Notes: generated from the letters alone by a model not told the origin. Positions 37,934 through 48,403 are shown, numbered from the stretch's first letter. The stretch: DNA of 64,000 nt from an uncultured Bdellovibrionales bacterium (GCA_964556685.1 CAZKWX010000001.1:11417-75416), one strand, 5' to 3'. Numbers and translations are program-made.

Positions 37934-39610
37934 ATGAATATTATATCAAGACTAAAAAGTCCGGTAGCATATTTGACACAACTTCACAATTCTTGCCATA
38001 TATTTCAATTCATGGTAGTATCTATAATTGATACATTAGACTTAACCATTTTTGTGAAGTCAGTTCGATTTATACGTGAAGTTATAGAAAACTCACTCAT
38101 CACAATAATTATGGGAGCAGTGGCCTTTGCGCTGATTCTGGTGACCACTTTGAATTTCACCGCCGCTACTCTTGTTTTTGTGCTTTTTATATTTCTGGCC
38201 ATACTCCAGCACAGTTTTTCACGAGGATGGCTATTTTTGTTAGTTATTGCTCTTTTGTTGCCATCGATTGGAATTGGTACCAGCTATTTCGCAATTCATG
38301 AAATTTTTCTGACCATCCTGGCCGTGATTGGTCTCATTTCCATCGGGATTGAGAATAAAAAAATTCCCATTAACAAGATTTCTTACTATTTCTTTTTACT
38401 CATCATTATCGGTGGTAGCATCATCGTTTTTGGCAGCGCTTTTGAACAAGTAATCGATCCCAGTGTCTGGATTCTGATAGTGACATTGGCCTTGATCTGG
38501 GCGTTGCTAATTGCTTTTCAATACTTTTTTCAAACTCAAAAAAGATTGCAAAGGTTTTTCTTGGCGTTAATCACTGTAGGTGTGTTGCATTCAGCTTTTG
38601 GTATTTTGGCCTACATATTTGACTGGCAGACATCATTGGGAATGGGAATTTCAAGTGGGAAATTCGAACATCTGATTTTTGCCGATGCCTCCATTCGAGT
38701 GAATGGATTTCTGGGAGACGGTTTTGTGATGAGAGTGGGGGACAGTGCCTTGGCACCACTCTTACTGATCACCATTCCTGTCGCCATTGGATTGTTGCTG
38801 AGTTTTCAGAAAGAAAAAAAATCTCCCGCGAAGAAAACATTCGACACGAAACGGGACAGACTTTTTGATTCAATTCACCTCGCCAGAACGAAGGAAGAAC
38901 TTCGAAGAAAAATCGTAGTCATTTCCCAGAAAACCAATGTTAAAGATCTTCAAAAAGAGTTGCCCATGATTTTTAACAAAAAGACTCTCATTATTGGTTT
39001 CATCTTGCTTCAAGCGGTGGCCTTAATCCTGACGTTTTCCTATAGTGCCTTGGTGATATTGACGATCGGACTCTTTGCTATTGGACTATTGTTACGCAAC
39101 AAGTCCCTGCTTTCCATCGCTGCTTCAATATTAATTGTTTTGTCCATTGCATTTCCAGGTTTTCGATCTTCGTTAATCAATGAATCAACTGCCAATTTGA
39201 CTCAATGGTTTTCTGGTTTTGAGCAAGTAAGTAAATCATGGGCTTTTGGAAATGGCTGGAGAGTTGAACTGCAAGAAGGAGAGTCGTCCGGTATTAGCGC
39301 AGAGCACATCTACAACTCCTATCTTTACATCTGGAATATTTTAGGCCTGGCCGGGCTGTTGGTTTTTCTGGCAATGTTAGTCCAATATTTTATTGAAATT
39401 AGAAATGCCTACATTAGATCTGATGGATGGCAGAGAATTTGGCTGATTGTTATTTTGGCAGTCTTTATTGAGTTTGCTTTGTTGGGTCTAACTAACAATG
39501 CATTGCTTTTTGGTCCCGCGGCACTAATTTTCTGGCTACTCTATGGAGCCATTCAAAATCTCAAAAAGAGAAAAGTTGAGTTTGGCCTGACTGAAACCAA
39601 AATTTTTTAG
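37934..39610 (+). CDS. O-antigen ligase/polymerase-like (Wzy_C domain) membrane protein
   Basis: Polytopic. C-terminal AEHIYNSYLYIWNILGLAGL matches the H-x2-N-x-Y-L O-antigen ligase motif. A large internal loop is present. Confidence 0.5.
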   Translation: MNIISRLKSPVAYLTQLHNSCHIFQFMVVSIIDTLDLTIFVKSVRFIREVIENSLITIIMGAVAFALILVTTLNFTAATLVFVLFIFLAILQHSFSRGWLFLLVIALLLPSIGIGTSYFAIHEIFLTILAVIGLISIGIENKKIPINKISYYFFLLIIIGGSIIVFGSAFEQVIDPSVWILIVTLALIWALLIAFQYFFQTQKRLQRFFLALITVGVLHSAFGILAYIFDWQTSLGMGISSGKFEHLIFADASIRVNGFLGDGFVMRVGDSALAPLLLITIPVAIGLLLSFQKEKKSPAKKTFDTKRDRLFDSIHLARTKEELRRKIVVISQKTNVKDLQKELPMIFNKKTLIIGFILLQAVALILTFSYSALVILTIGLFAIGLLLRNKSLLSIAASILIVLSIAFPGFRSSLINESTANLTQWFSGFEQVSKSWAFGNGWRVELQEGESSGISAEHIYNSYLYIWNILGLAGLLVFLAMLVQYFIEIRNAYIRSDGWQRIWLIVILAVFIEFALLGLTNNALLFGPAALIFWLLYGAIQNLKKRKVEFGLTETKIF

Positions 39611-39640
39611 CCAATCAGTCAATCAAAATATTCAAGTCCT

Positions 39641-39666
39641 ACTCTCATATATGCATATATGAGAGT
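39641..39666. promoter_or_regulatory. 26-bp perfect palindrome ACTCTCATATATG|CATATATGAGAGT (family E)
   Basis: Identical copies at 50291 and 50801. A half copy at 47289. Confidence 0.7.
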
Positions 39667-39887
39667 AAAAGTTTTTGTGGTTGTGATGATTTTCAAAACC
39701 CAGAACTTGACCCATTACTCGGTTTTGGGAGCTTGTAACGCGGACCGATGCTGATATAAAGAAACTTAGTTTTCAGGGAAACTAAGTTTCTTGCGGCGTA
39801 CCCTGAGAGAGGAGATAGCTAATACTAGCAAAGTCTTTACAAAAAGGCTTTTTTTGGTTATGCTTGTTAAGTTCTAATTCGTTATAT

Positions 39888-41255
39888 ATGCCAAAGAAAT
39901 ATTCGAAAAAATTTTGGATCAGTTTTTGGCTTATCTCAGCTGTTTTTTTGCTGGGGTGGTTTGTCTTTTTGCAATACAAAAGTAAAGGATATTTGGGATT
40001 GATTTCCTTTTTTAGACCAGCAGCAAAAATTCTTCCCATAGATCAAAAACAAAAGGAGGAATTGGGTGTGGTTTTTGATATCATAGATAAACTGGCTGAC
40101 AGCGAAGAAAAGACTTTTTTAATCTTATTTCAAAACAATAACGAGTTGAGACCAGGCGGTGGCTACATTGGATCGTTTGGAATTCTGAAGATTAAAGACA
40201 AGAAAATAACCTTCGTTGATTCTCATGACACCAATATTTTTGATGATCGAGCGTCCACTGAGATTGAACCACCCTTTCCGATGAAAAAAATGTTACGCAT
40301 TCCAGATTGGGAATTGCGAGACAGCAACTGGTCACCAGACTTTCCAACTAACGCAAAAAAGGCCGAGGAATTCTTTCACCTAGAAGGCGGCCAGGAGCAA
40401 TTTGATGGAGTGATCGCCATTTCCACTGCTCTCCTGCCTTCTTTTTTGGAAATCACCGGGCCAGTCAGTGTCGAAGGATATCCGGGGGAATATAACAGTG
40501 AAAATGCTATTACCAAACTTCAATATCAGGTGGAAAGGGGATATAAGGATCAAGATATTGAAAAAGGAAAACGAAAATATATTATGAAGGATCTTTCGAA
40601 AAAGATCATGGATCGAACTCAGGCGATGAGTTTTTTGGACAAGAAGAAACTAGCCGAAAGAGTGGAGCAGCATTTGGACGAGAAAGATATTTTAATCTAT
40701 TTTAAAGACGAGGAATTGCAAGAAAAGATTCGAACTTTAGGTTGGAGCGGAGAAGTTCAAGATTCAGAAAGCGACTATCTCATGATTGTGGATGCCAATA
40801 TGGGTTCGCTCAAGTCTGATGCAGTGATCGATCGTTCTGTTGAATACACGGTTGATTTTCAAGAAGATATGCCCAAAGCGACTTTGAAAATAACTTATCA
40901 ACACAATGGCAAAAGCCGGGACTGGAAAACCAAAGACTATGACACCTACACTCGGGTTTATGTGCCCAAAGAGAGTTGGCTTCACAATGCTACTGGAGTA
41001 GGCAAAACTCGCTTTGGAGAAGAGCTGGACAAAAAGTATTTTGGATTTTTGCATCAGGTGAAACTGGGTGAGACTAAAACCGTGGTGGTCAACTATGATT
41101 TGCCTGAAAATATTACTGAGGAAAATTACAGCTTGCTTGTTCAAAAACAAGCCGGCTTGAAAAATCTGCCGCTTAAGAGTATTATTATAAAAAAAGGAGG
41201 AGAAAGAGTTGAAAAAAACATTATCATAAAAAATTCCGAAGCTATAGGAGGTTAA
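39888..41255 (+). CDS. DUF4012-domain protein
   Basis: N-terminal TM helix, then the ELRPGGGYIGSFG motif characteristic of DUF4012. The tool ORF starts at 39864; the ATG at 39888 is preferred. Confidence 0.5.
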   Translation: MPKKYSKKFWISFWLISAVFLLGWFVFLQYKSKGYLGLISFFRPAAKILPIDQKQKEELGVVFDIIDKLADSEEKTFLILFQNNNELRPGGGYIGSFGILKIKDKKITFVDSHDTNIFDDRASTEIEPPFPMKKMLRIPDWELRDSNWSPDFPTNAKKAEEFFHLEGGQEQFDGVIAISTALLPSFLEITGPVSVEGYPGEYNSENAITKLQYQVERGYKDQDIEKGKRKYIMKDLSKKIMDRTQAMSFLDKKKLAERVEQHLDEKDILIYFKDEELQEKIRTLGWSGEVQDSESDYLMIVDANMGSLKSDAVIDRSVEYTVDFQEDMPKATLKITYQHNGKSRDWKTKDYDTYTRVYVPKESWLHNATGVGKTRFGEELDKKYFGFLHQVKLGETKTVVVNYDLPENITEENYSLLVQKQAGLKNLPLKSIIIKKGGERVEKNIIIKNSEAIGG

Positions 41256-41256
41256 A

Positions 41257-41409
41257 ATGACAAAAGTGGAATCAGAGGCAGGATTGCCATGGCGAATTAT
41301 AAAGATAGTTGGTGCAGTTGCGATGACAGTGCTACTGCTATGGAAACAATTTCTCGAAATTTTTAAAAGGGCGCTAAAGCAGGAAGGAAATTCAAATGGA
41401 TACTTTTGA
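41257..41409 (+). CDS. small membrane protein (50 aa), hypothetical
   Basis: GGAGGT Shine-Dalgarno 6 nt upstream. One TM helix. Confidence 0.25.
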   Translation: MTKVESEAGLPWRIIKIVGAVAMTVLLLWKQFLEIFKRALKQEGNSNGYF

Positions 41410-41548
41410 GCGTAAATTATATTTAGGATGGCGAGATTCAATTTCATCAGGGATTCGATGTACAATTATGATTATAGGTGCCGCAGCTTTGACACTGATC
41501 TCATCAATAATTTATCGAAAGGAGGGCTGGGGTGATTGGAACGAATAG
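41396..41548 (+). CDS. small membrane protein (50 aa), hypothetical
   Basis: Overlaps the previous small ORF by 14 nt. One TM helix. Followed by a terminator. Confidence 0.2.
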   Translation: MDTFERKLYLGWRDSISSGIRCTIMIIGAAALTLISSIIYRKEGWGDWNE

Positions 41549-41564
41549 AGAATTCAAAAATTTT

Positions 41565-41614
41565 GGGCAGGGGAAGCATAATAAAATGCGAACCTTGCCC
41601 GCCTTTTTATTTTA
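41565..41614 (+). terminator. rho-independent terminator
   Basis: GGGCAGG-loop-CCTTGCCC stem followed by GCCTTTTTATTTT. Confidence 0.5.
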
Positions 41615-41654
41615 GAAACAAATGCTATAATAAAATCGTTCCATAAAAACAAAA

Positions 41655-42200
41655 ATGACTTTTAAAAAAACAAAACTTAAAGACGCTTTTTTAATTGAGC
41701 CCAAAGTTTTTCAAGACGAGAGAGGTTTTTTTCTTGAACCATATTCGAAGAGGGTTTTTAAGGAAAACGAAATCGACATTGACTTTGTTCAAGACAATCA
41801 TTCATTGTCAGTCAAGAAGGGAGTGTTGCGAGGAATGCATTTCCAAGTACCACCCAAAGCTCAAACCAAACTGGTGCGAGTTACTAGAGGATCAGTTTAT
41901 GACGTGATTATTGATTTACGAAAAAATTCTCCCACATTCAAAAAGTGGGAAGGCTTTGAACTGTCAGCTGAAAATTTTTTGATGTTGCTCATTCCTCGAG
42001 GCTTTGCTCATGGCTTTTGCACTCTGGAAGATAACACAGAATTCATGTATAAAGTGGATGAATTTTATGCACCGGAAACAGACAGCGGCTTTGTTTGGAA
42101 CGATCCGGAAATAAATATTGATTGGCCAGTGAAAGACCCGATTCTTTCAGAGAAAGATGGACAACTAAAAAAGTTTAAAGACTTAAATAATCCTTTTTAA
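41655..42200 (+). CDS. rmlC: dTDP-4-dehydrorhamnose 3,5-epimerase
   Basis: RGFFLE, RGMHFQ and cupin-fold motifs. 181 aa. Confidence 0.85.
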   Translation: MTFKKTKLKDAFLIEPKVFQDERGFFLEPYSKRVFKENEIDIDFVQDNHSLSVKKGVLRGMHFQVPPKAQTKLVRVTRGSVYDVIIDLRKNSPTFKKWEGFELSAENFLMLLIPRGFAHGFCTLEDNTEFMYKVDEFYAPETDSGFVWNDPEINIDWPVKDPILSEKDGQLKKFKDLNNPF

Positions 42201-43214
42201 ATGAAACTTCTAATCACTGGTGGAGCCGGTTTCATTGGCTCCAATTTTATTCACTATTGGATGGGGAAATACCCTAAAGACCAAATTGTCAATTTGGATG
42301 TTTTGACATATGCGGGGAATTTGGAAAATTTAAAAAGTTTGGAGGGAAATAAAAAGCATAAGTTCGTTAAGGCTGACATTGTAAATTTCGATGAAATTAA
42401 TCAAATCATAAAAAAGGAAAAGCCAGACATTATTGTTCATTTTGCTGCCGAATCACACGTCGATCGATCAATTTTGGGGCCAGATGCGTTTATGAAAACT
42501 AACATTGAAGGGACACATAATTTACTCAAAAGCGCAAAAGAAAATGGAAACATTCGCTTTCATCACATCTCCACCGATGAAGTATATGGCTCTTTGGGCC
42601 CGGATGACCCAGCTTTCAATGAAAAAACGCCCTATGATCCAAGGAGCCCTTATAGTGCGTCAAAAGCCGCGGCTGATCATTTGGTGATGGCCTATTTTCA
42701 TACTTTCAATCTTCCCGTAACAATTTCAAATTGTTCCAACAATTATGGCCCCTATCAATTTCCAGAAAAATTGATTCCTCTTTTCGTGACCAATCTGCTG
42801 GAAGGGAAGAAAATCCCGCTCTATGGAGATGGAATGAACATCCGCGATTGGCTTTTTGTAAAGGATCATTGCGAAGCAATCGATTTGATAATTCAAAAAG
42901 GAAGACCGGGAAAGACTTATTGTGTTGGAGGGGATTCGGAAAAAACCAATAAAGAAATTACTTTTAAAATTTTGGATCTTATGGGTGAGAAGGAAGACAG
43001 AGTCGAGTATGTGAAAGATCGCAAGGGGCATGATCGGCGTTATGCGATTGATTTTTCAAAGATTAAAAATAAATTGGGCTGGGAACCGAAGGTAACCTTC
43101 GAAGAGGGACTGAAGGAGACAGTCGAGTGGTACAAAAATAATCAAGATTGGTGGAAGCGAGTGAAGAGCGGGGAGTATGAGGAGTATTATGAGAAAAACT
43201 ATGGGAAGAAATAA
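42201..43214 (+). CDS. rmlB: dTDP-glucose 4,6-dehydratase
   Basis: MKLLITGGAGFIGSNF. YSASKAAADH catalytic YxxxK. 337 aa. Confidence 0.9.
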   Translation: MKLLITGGAGFIGSNFIHYWMGKYPKDQIVNLDVLTYAGNLENLKSLEGNKKHKFVKADIVNFDEINQIIKKEKPDIIVHFAAESHVDRSILGPDAFMKTNIEGTHNLLKSAKENGNIRFHHISTDEVYGSLGPDDPAFNEKTPYDPRSPYSASKAAADHLVMAYFHTFNLPVTISNCSNNYGPYQFPEKLIPLFVTNLLEGKKIPLYGDGMNIRDWLFVKDHCEAIDLIIQKGRPGKTYCVGGDSEKTNKEITFKILDLMGEKEDRVEYVKDRKGHDRRYAIDFSKIKNKLGWEPKVTFEEGLKETVEWYKNNQDWWKRVKSGEYEEYYEKNYGKK

Positions 43215-43218
43215 ACTA

Positions 43219-43319
43219 TGTCATCCCGAGCGAAGTCCCGCCTTAGCGGGAAGAAGTCGAGGGATCTCATGACAATAACGAGATCTCTCCACTTCGCTAC
43301 GCTACGGTCGAGATGACAT
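43219..43319. repeat. MITE-like element family B
   Basis: TGTCATCCCGAGCGAAGTC ... GGTCGAGATGACAT inverted termini. Sits between rmlB and rmlD. Confidence 0.7.
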
Positions 43320-43329
43320 TTTAAAAACC

Positions 43330-44184
43330 GTGAAGCGTGTTTTAATAATTGGTGCCAAAGGGATGCTTGGTCAAGATCTGGCCAAGATTTTTTCAGCTGA
43401 CAAAAGCTATGAAGTGATCAGTTGGGATGTTGAGGAAATTAACATCACTGACAGAGATCAAGTCTTCAAAAAAATAGAAGATGAAAAACCAGAAATTATT
43501 ATTAACGCAGCTGCCTATAATGCCGTGGACAAAGCTGAAGAAGATGAGAAGGAATTTGAATTAGCCAAAAAGGTCAACGGAGAAGGGCCAAAGAACTTGG
43601 CTGAAATTGCAAAAAAGATTGATGCGATATTTGTCCATTACGTTTCCGATTATATTTTTGATGGGGAAGTGGGAGATTATTCTGAAGAAGATGTGCCCAG
43701 TCCCATTTCAAGATATGGGGAATCAAAGGCGTTGGGAGAAAATAATGTAAAAAGAGTAGGTGGTAATTTTTACATACTTCGCACATCAAAATTGTTTGGG
43801 AAGCCAGCCCAGTCAGAGTCTGCCAAAAAAAGTTTTTTTGAAGTGATGTTGGATTTAGCTCAAGAAAAAGATGAAATCAAAGTTGTTGACAGTGAAAGAT
43901 CGTGTTTCACTTACACGCCAGATCTTGCTCAGGCGACTAAAGAATTAATTGAGCAAAATTATGACTTCGGGATTTATCATATAATTAATGAGGGAGCAGT
44001 GACTTGGTATGAGGGAGTGTTAGAGCTGTTCAAAAAAGCCAGTATTAAAAATGTCAAAGTTGTTCCGGTTGGATCGGAGGAATTTCCTCGACCGGCCAAA
44101 AGACCGAAGAGTTCTGTGCTCAAAAACACAAAATTTCCTAAATTGAAACACTATGGCGAAGCCCTGGAAGAATGGTTAAAATAG
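43330..44184 (+). CDS. rmlD: dTDP-4-dehydrorhamnose reductase
   Basis: VLIIGAKGMLGQDL Rossmann fold. YGESKALGE YxxxK. GTG start. Confidence 0.8.
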   Translation: MKRVLIIGAKGMLGQDLAKIFSADKSYEVISWDVEEINITDRDQVFKKIEDEKPEIIINAAAYNAVDKAEEDEKEFELAKKVNGEGPKNLAEIAKKIDAIFVHYVSDYIFDGEVGDYSEEDVPSPISRYGESKALGENNVKRVGGNFYILRTSKLFGKPAQSESAKKSFFEVMLDLAQEKDEIKVVDSERSCFTYTPDLAQATKELIEQNYDFGIYHIINEGAVTWYEGVLELFKKASIKNVKVVPVGSEEFPRPAKRPKSSVLKNTKFPKLKHYGEALEEWLK

Positions 44185-44399
44185 TTTGTTTTTAAGCGTT
44201 TTTGTGCTATTGTAAAGACGGAGTTTATGCTCCATCTTTAATGTTAATCCGCGCCCCAAAAGACACTCACTAGTGATTAAACAGACGGGTCTTTTGGAGC
44301 GGGATTCCGCCCCGCAAACAAGCTATCGGGTTAAATATATCATCCAAAGATGTATCCCAGGCTCATTTGCGGAGCTTCATATTAGTAATTCAAAAGCTT

Positions 44400-45338
44400 A
44401 TGACAGTTAAGCAAATTTGTGATTTGGCGACGAAAATTGGCATCAAGAATGATTTTCGAACTAAAGCTGAAATCAATGAATATCTGAAGAAACAGAAAAA
44501 GGAATATGATGATCTTCCCAAGGAAGAGAAAAAATATTTTGATAAGGAGAAATTCAGCAATCCATACTCAGACAGTCGTATTAATTTTGACAGTGGTAAA
44601 AAAATAAAAAAAATAATCAGTGGCATCGATTTGACCATGGGAGGTGTATTGCTGGCAAAAGAACTTCAGGCCGATTTGATTCTCCTCCATCACCCGGTCG
44701 GGTCTGCCTTAGCTAATCTTGACGGAGTGATGGATCTTCAAGTTGATATGATGGAAAAATATGGCGTACCGGTTAATATTGCTGAAAAATTACTTCATAA
44801 AAGAATTTCCGAAGTAGCTCGAGGAGTAAATCCAGTCAATCATCAGGTAACAGTTGATGCTGCTAAATTACTTAACATCAGTTTGGCTAACATTCACACT
44901 CCTGCGGATAACTGCGTGGCAAAATTTGTTGAAGATAAAATTAAAAAAGCAAAGCCTAAGTATGCCTCGGACATTATGAAGGTCTTAAATTCCATTAAAG
45001 AATATCAGGAAGCTAAAAAGCAAGGAGTGGGTCCCAGATTGTTTGTTGGAGACGAGAAGAACCGTTGCGGAAAAGTTGTCGTATCTGAAATGACCGGTGG
45101 CACTGAAGGTTCGAAAGAAATCTATCAGGCTATGGCCAATACTGGTATCGGAACCGTTGTCGGCATGCATCAAAGCGAAGAACACAGGAAAGCGGCTGAA
45201 AAAGCGCATATCAATGTAATTATCGCGGGGCACATTTCCTCTGACTCACTTGGCATGAATTTAATCTTAGACGAACTTGAAAAGAAAGGGATGAAAATCA
45301 TTCCGTTTTCAGGTTTGATTCGTATTAAGCGATGCTAA
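44400..45338 (+). CDS. Nif3-family dinuclear metal centre protein (GTP cyclohydrolase 1 type 2 homolog)
   Basis: ADLILLHHP, NIHTPADN and AGHISSD motifs typical of NIF3/YqfO. The tool ORF starts at TTG 44367. Confidence 0.7.
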   Translation: MTVKQICDLATKIGIKNDFRTKAEINEYLKKQKKEYDDLPKEEKKYFDKEKFSNPYSDSRINFDSGKKIKKIISGIDLTMGGVLLAKELQADLILLHHPVGSALANLDGVMDLQVDMMEKYGVPVNIAEKLLHKRISEVARGVNPVNHQVTVDAAKLLNISLANIHTPADNCVAKFVEDKIKKAKPKYASDIMKVLNSIKEYQEAKKQGVGPRLFVGDEKNRCGKVVVSEMTGGTEGSKEIYQAMANTGIGTVVGMHQSEEHRKAAEKAHINVIIAGHISSDSLGMNLILDELEKKGMKIIPFSGLIRIKRC

Positions 45339-45382
45339 TCCACGAATGACATGCGAATACCACAAATTAAAATGCAGTAAAA

Positions 45383-45751
45383 ATGAAAAGGAGGATAATT
45401 GAAAAGGAATTGTCTTATGAAATTGTTGGTATTTGTTTTGATGTTCATAACGAGCTAGGGAGATTTCTAAGAGAGAAGCAATATGCCGATGAACTCGAAA
45501 AGAGGTTTTTGCAAAAAGGCATGAAGTATGAACGAGAGATTCTGTTAAACAAAATTTGTAAAAGCAACATAGAGGGCAACAAAGTTGATTTTCTGATTGA
45601 AAATAGAATTGTGCTGGAAGTTAAAAGCAAAGAAATTCATTTCAAAAGAAGATTATTATCAATTACAAAGATATTTAAGGTGTGCCAGTTTGCAACTGGG
45701 AATGATAGTAAATTTCAGACAACCGCACCTGAAGCCGAAAAGAGTGATTAA
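45383..45751 (+). CDS. GxxExxY-family (PDDEXK_3) protein
   Basis: ELSYEIVGICFDVHNELGRFLREKQYADEL ... VDFLIENRIVLEVKSKE matches the GxxExxY / PD-(D/E)xK_3 pattern. Confidence 0.6.
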   Translation: MKRRIIEKELSYEIVGICFDVHNELGRFLREKQYADELEKRFLQKGMKYEREILLNKICKSNIEGNKVDFLIENRIVLEVKSKEIHFKRRLLSITKIFKVCQFATGNDSKFQTTAPEAEKSD

Positions 45752-45822
45752 CAAATATTATAAAAAATAATGTCCAAGTATTATTTGCGGTATTCGTATG
45801 TAATTTGTAGCATTCGCATTGC

Positions 45823-47094
45823 ATGAATTTCTCAAAACATATTCTGAAAAATGGAACCCGAGTAGTGCTGGTGCCGATGAAGGACACCCAAACGGTCACC
45901 ATCCTGATTTTGGTGGAAGCCGGTTCAAAGTATGAGACCAAGAACAATAATGGAATCTCGCATTTTATTGAACACATGATGTTCAAGGGAACCAAGAAGC
46001 ATCCAACTGCCAAAAGCCTCACTGAACTATTTGACAATGTTGGTGGAGAATACAATGCTTTCACTGGGAAAGAACAAACTGGATACTTTATCAAGGTTCC
46101 CAAGCAGCATTTTGAAATGGCACTTGAGGTGGTATGCGATTTATACTTAAACTCACTTCTAAAAAGCGTGGAAATAAATAAAGAAAGGGGAGTGATTCTT
46201 CAAGAAGCAGCCATGTATCGTGACACTCCAACGAGGTATGTTTGGGACATTTTTGAAGGATTAATGTATGGAGATCAGCCGGCTGGGTGGGACATCATCG
46301 GAACGGATGAAAATATAAAAGGTTTCAACCGAAAGTTTTTCATTGATTATATGCAGAAGATGTACCTAGCAAAATCTACGGTCGTTTCAATAGCAGGAAA
46401 TGTTGAAGAGGGGAGGGCCCTAGAATTAACAGAGAAGTATTTTAGAACAGATGGGAGCAGAAAGAAAAAGACAACCAAAAAGAAAGTCAAAGAACAGCAG
46501 AACGTTCCTAAAATCAGATTATATCCAAAAAAAACTGATCAAACCCATTTGATGTTGGGCTTTCGTGGGCCACACATGTTCAGCCCAGATCGACATGCAG
46601 CTGTTGTATTGGGAACTGTTTTGGGCGGAGGATTCAGTTCGCGAGCATGTATTAACATTCGAGAAAAGCACGGTCTGACCTATTACATTGAATCCGCCAC
46701 AGAAATGATGACTGATTCCGGATTCATTTTCATGCGAGCTGGTGTGCAACATGAAAATCTTCTGAAAGCGACTCGGCTCATCTTAGAAGAATTTAAAAAA
46801 ATCCGAGATAAAAAAGTTTCTCAAAAGGAACTGAAGAAAGCCAAGGAGTATCTAAAAGGGAAGACATTAATGTCATTGGAATCAACCAATGCTGTGGCAA
46901 GTTTCTTTGGGGATCAGGAACTTTTTCGGAAAAAAATAAAAAGTCCAGAAGAGCTGTTCGAAAAAATTGATGCTGTCACAGCTGAGCAAATTCAAAAAAT
47001 AGTACAGAAGATCGTCAAAAATAACAAAGTAAATTTTGCGGTTATCGGTCCACACAAGGATGAAGCATCACTTAAAAAGATTTTAAGAGTTTAG
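45823..47094 (+). CDS. M16-family zinc metallopeptidase (insulinase-like)
   Basis: HFIEHMMFKGT (HxxEH inverted zincin motif). Downstream E. 423 aa. Confidence 0.8.
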   Translation: MNFSKHILKNGTRVVLVPMKDTQTVTILILVEAGSKYETKNNNGISHFIEHMMFKGTKKHPTAKSLTELFDNVGGEYNAFTGKEQTGYFIKVPKQHFEMALEVVCDLYLNSLLKSVEINKERGVILQEAAMYRDTPTRYVWDIFEGLMYGDQPAGWDIIGTDENIKGFNRKFFIDYMQKMYLAKSTVVSIAGNVEEGRALELTEKYFRTDGSRKKKTTKKKVKEQQNVPKIRLYPKKTDQTHLMLGFRGPHMFSPDRHAAVVLGTVLGGGFSSRACINIREKHGLTYYIESATEMMTDSGFIFMRAGVQHENLLKATRLILEEFKKIRDKKVSQKELKKAKEYLKGKTLMSLESTNAVASFFGDQELFRKKIKSPEELFEKIDAVTAEQIQKIVQKIVKNNKVNFAVIGPHKDEASLKKILRV

Positions 47095-47140
47095 CCTTTT
47101 ATGAACTGTATAATACCTTAAGCTATGAAAAGCCTTTTTG

Positions 47141-47284
47141 TCCCTCCCCTTCGAAAGGGGATGTTGAATTCATTAGTTTTGAATTCAAAGGGGTTCGTCA
47201 GAATGTCAGGAGTCGCCAGCCATTTTGACTAACTCCCCGAGCAAAACTCATCCGCTTTGCTCCACTCTTATCAAGAGGGGGAAG
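47141..47284. repeat. Family A composite repeat (full copy with upstream hairpin modules)
   Basis: CCCTCCCCTTCGAAAGGGGATG, TGAATTCATTAGTTTTGAATTCA, GGGGTTCGTCAGAATGTCAGGAGTCGCC ... CTCTTATCAAGAGGGGGAA. Confidence 0.75.
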
Positions 47285-47288
47285 GTCG

Positions 47289-47306
47289 TATGCATATATG
47301 AGAGTA
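47289..47306. repeat. half copy of family E palindrome (TATGCATATATGAGAGTA)
   Basis: Right arm only, directly abutting the family A copy. Confidence 0.5.
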
Positions 47307-47345
47307 CAGTAAAAGAAATAAGAGTTTTAGTTAATTTTAAATTAT

Positions 47346-48380
47346 ATGGAAACAAGAAAAATTGACATTTCAAGCGGTGTCATTTGGAGAATTATATTGA
47401 TCGCTCTCCTGCTTTGGTTTTTATTTTTCATCCGAGACATTCTGCTATTATTGATTTTAGCTATAGTTGTTGTCAGCGCCGCACTTCCTCTGGTGGACAA
47501 AATGGAATCAAAGAAAATACCCCGCGCATTAGGAACACTAGGAATTTTCTTGGGTTTTATTTTGGTGGTGGCTTTTATTTTCTACTTAATTTTGCCTCAA
47601 TTAGTCGACGAATTTAAACAATTGGGACAAACCTTACCGAAATATTTCGAAGGAATAAATCGTTTTTTTGAAAATGCTTCACAACTGGCAATAACCTATA
47701 ATTTCAGCAACCTGCAAGATATAATTGACAGAAGTTCGGAAGCTCTGGCTAGTTCTGCTTCGAGTTTCTTCTCTAGTACGGTAGGATTTCTTGGAGGGTT
47801 CCTGAAGATTATCATAATTTTTTCACTTTCTTTCTATATGTTGGTGAAGAGGAATGGTACTCAGAATTTTATCAAGCAAGTTACTCCAGCTAAGCATCAA
47901 GAATATGTGACAGATTTAATCAATCGAATTCAAAGAAAGATGGGTCGTTGGTTGGTAGGGCAGATCGCTCTCATTTTCATTGTCTTTGGGTTGTACTATT
48001 TAGCCTTGACTTTACTGGGTGTTCCATTTGCTCTGGCCTTGGCAATTTTCGGAGGATTGCTGGAAATTATTCCATACTTGGGTCCAATCATAGCGGCTAT
48101 TCCAGCGATATTACTGGCTTTCACTGTCTCTCCCCTGACAGCGCTGCTGGTTGCCGCAGCCTATTTTTTGATTCAACAGATGGAAAATCATCTCTTCACG
48201 CCATTGATTATGAGGAAAGCCGTTGGTCTTAATCCGGTTATAGTTATTTTAGCTCTTTTGGTAGGAGCAAAAATAGCCGGAATTTTAGGGGTAATTCTAG
48301 CAGTTCCCGTGACTACAGCAATTGGAGTTTTCATTAAAGACTTAATGGAGAAAAAAGAAGCAGCAGAAGCTGATGCGTAA
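47346..48380 (+). CDS. AI-2E family transporter (PerM/UPF0118)
   Basis: 8-TM topology. Typical AI-2E organisation. 344 aa. Confidence 0.7.
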   Translation: METRKIDISSGVIWRIILIALLLWFLFFIRDILLLLILAIVVVSAALPLVDKMESKKIPRALGTLGIFLGFILVVAFIFYLILPQLVDEFKQLGQTLPKYFEGINRFFENASQLAITYNFSNLQDIIDRSSEALASSASSFFSSTVGFLGGFLKIIIIFSLSFYMLVKRNGTQNFIKQVTPAKHQEYVTDLINRIQRKMGRWLVGQIALIFIVFGLYYLALTLLGVPFALALAIFGGLLEIIPYLGPIIAAIPAILLAFTVSPLTALLVAAAYFLIQQMENHLFTPLIMRKAVGLNPVIVILALLVGAKIAGILGVILAVPVTTAIGVFIKDLMEKKEAAEADA

Positions 48381-48403
48381 ATCAACTCATAACTACACTT
48401 TCA

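Noticed and set aside
40764-41465. 233-aa minus-strand ORF
   Set aside because: Antisense to the DUF4012 gene. No RBS or motif. Shadow ORF.
44185-44366. Possible tRNA or riboswitch in the rmlD-Nif3 spacer (GCGGGATTCCGCCCCGC, CCAAAAGAC...GTCTTTTGG hairpins)
   Set aside because: The loop does not fit the T-loop consensus and there is no cloverleaf. Only generic hairpins. Left unannotated.
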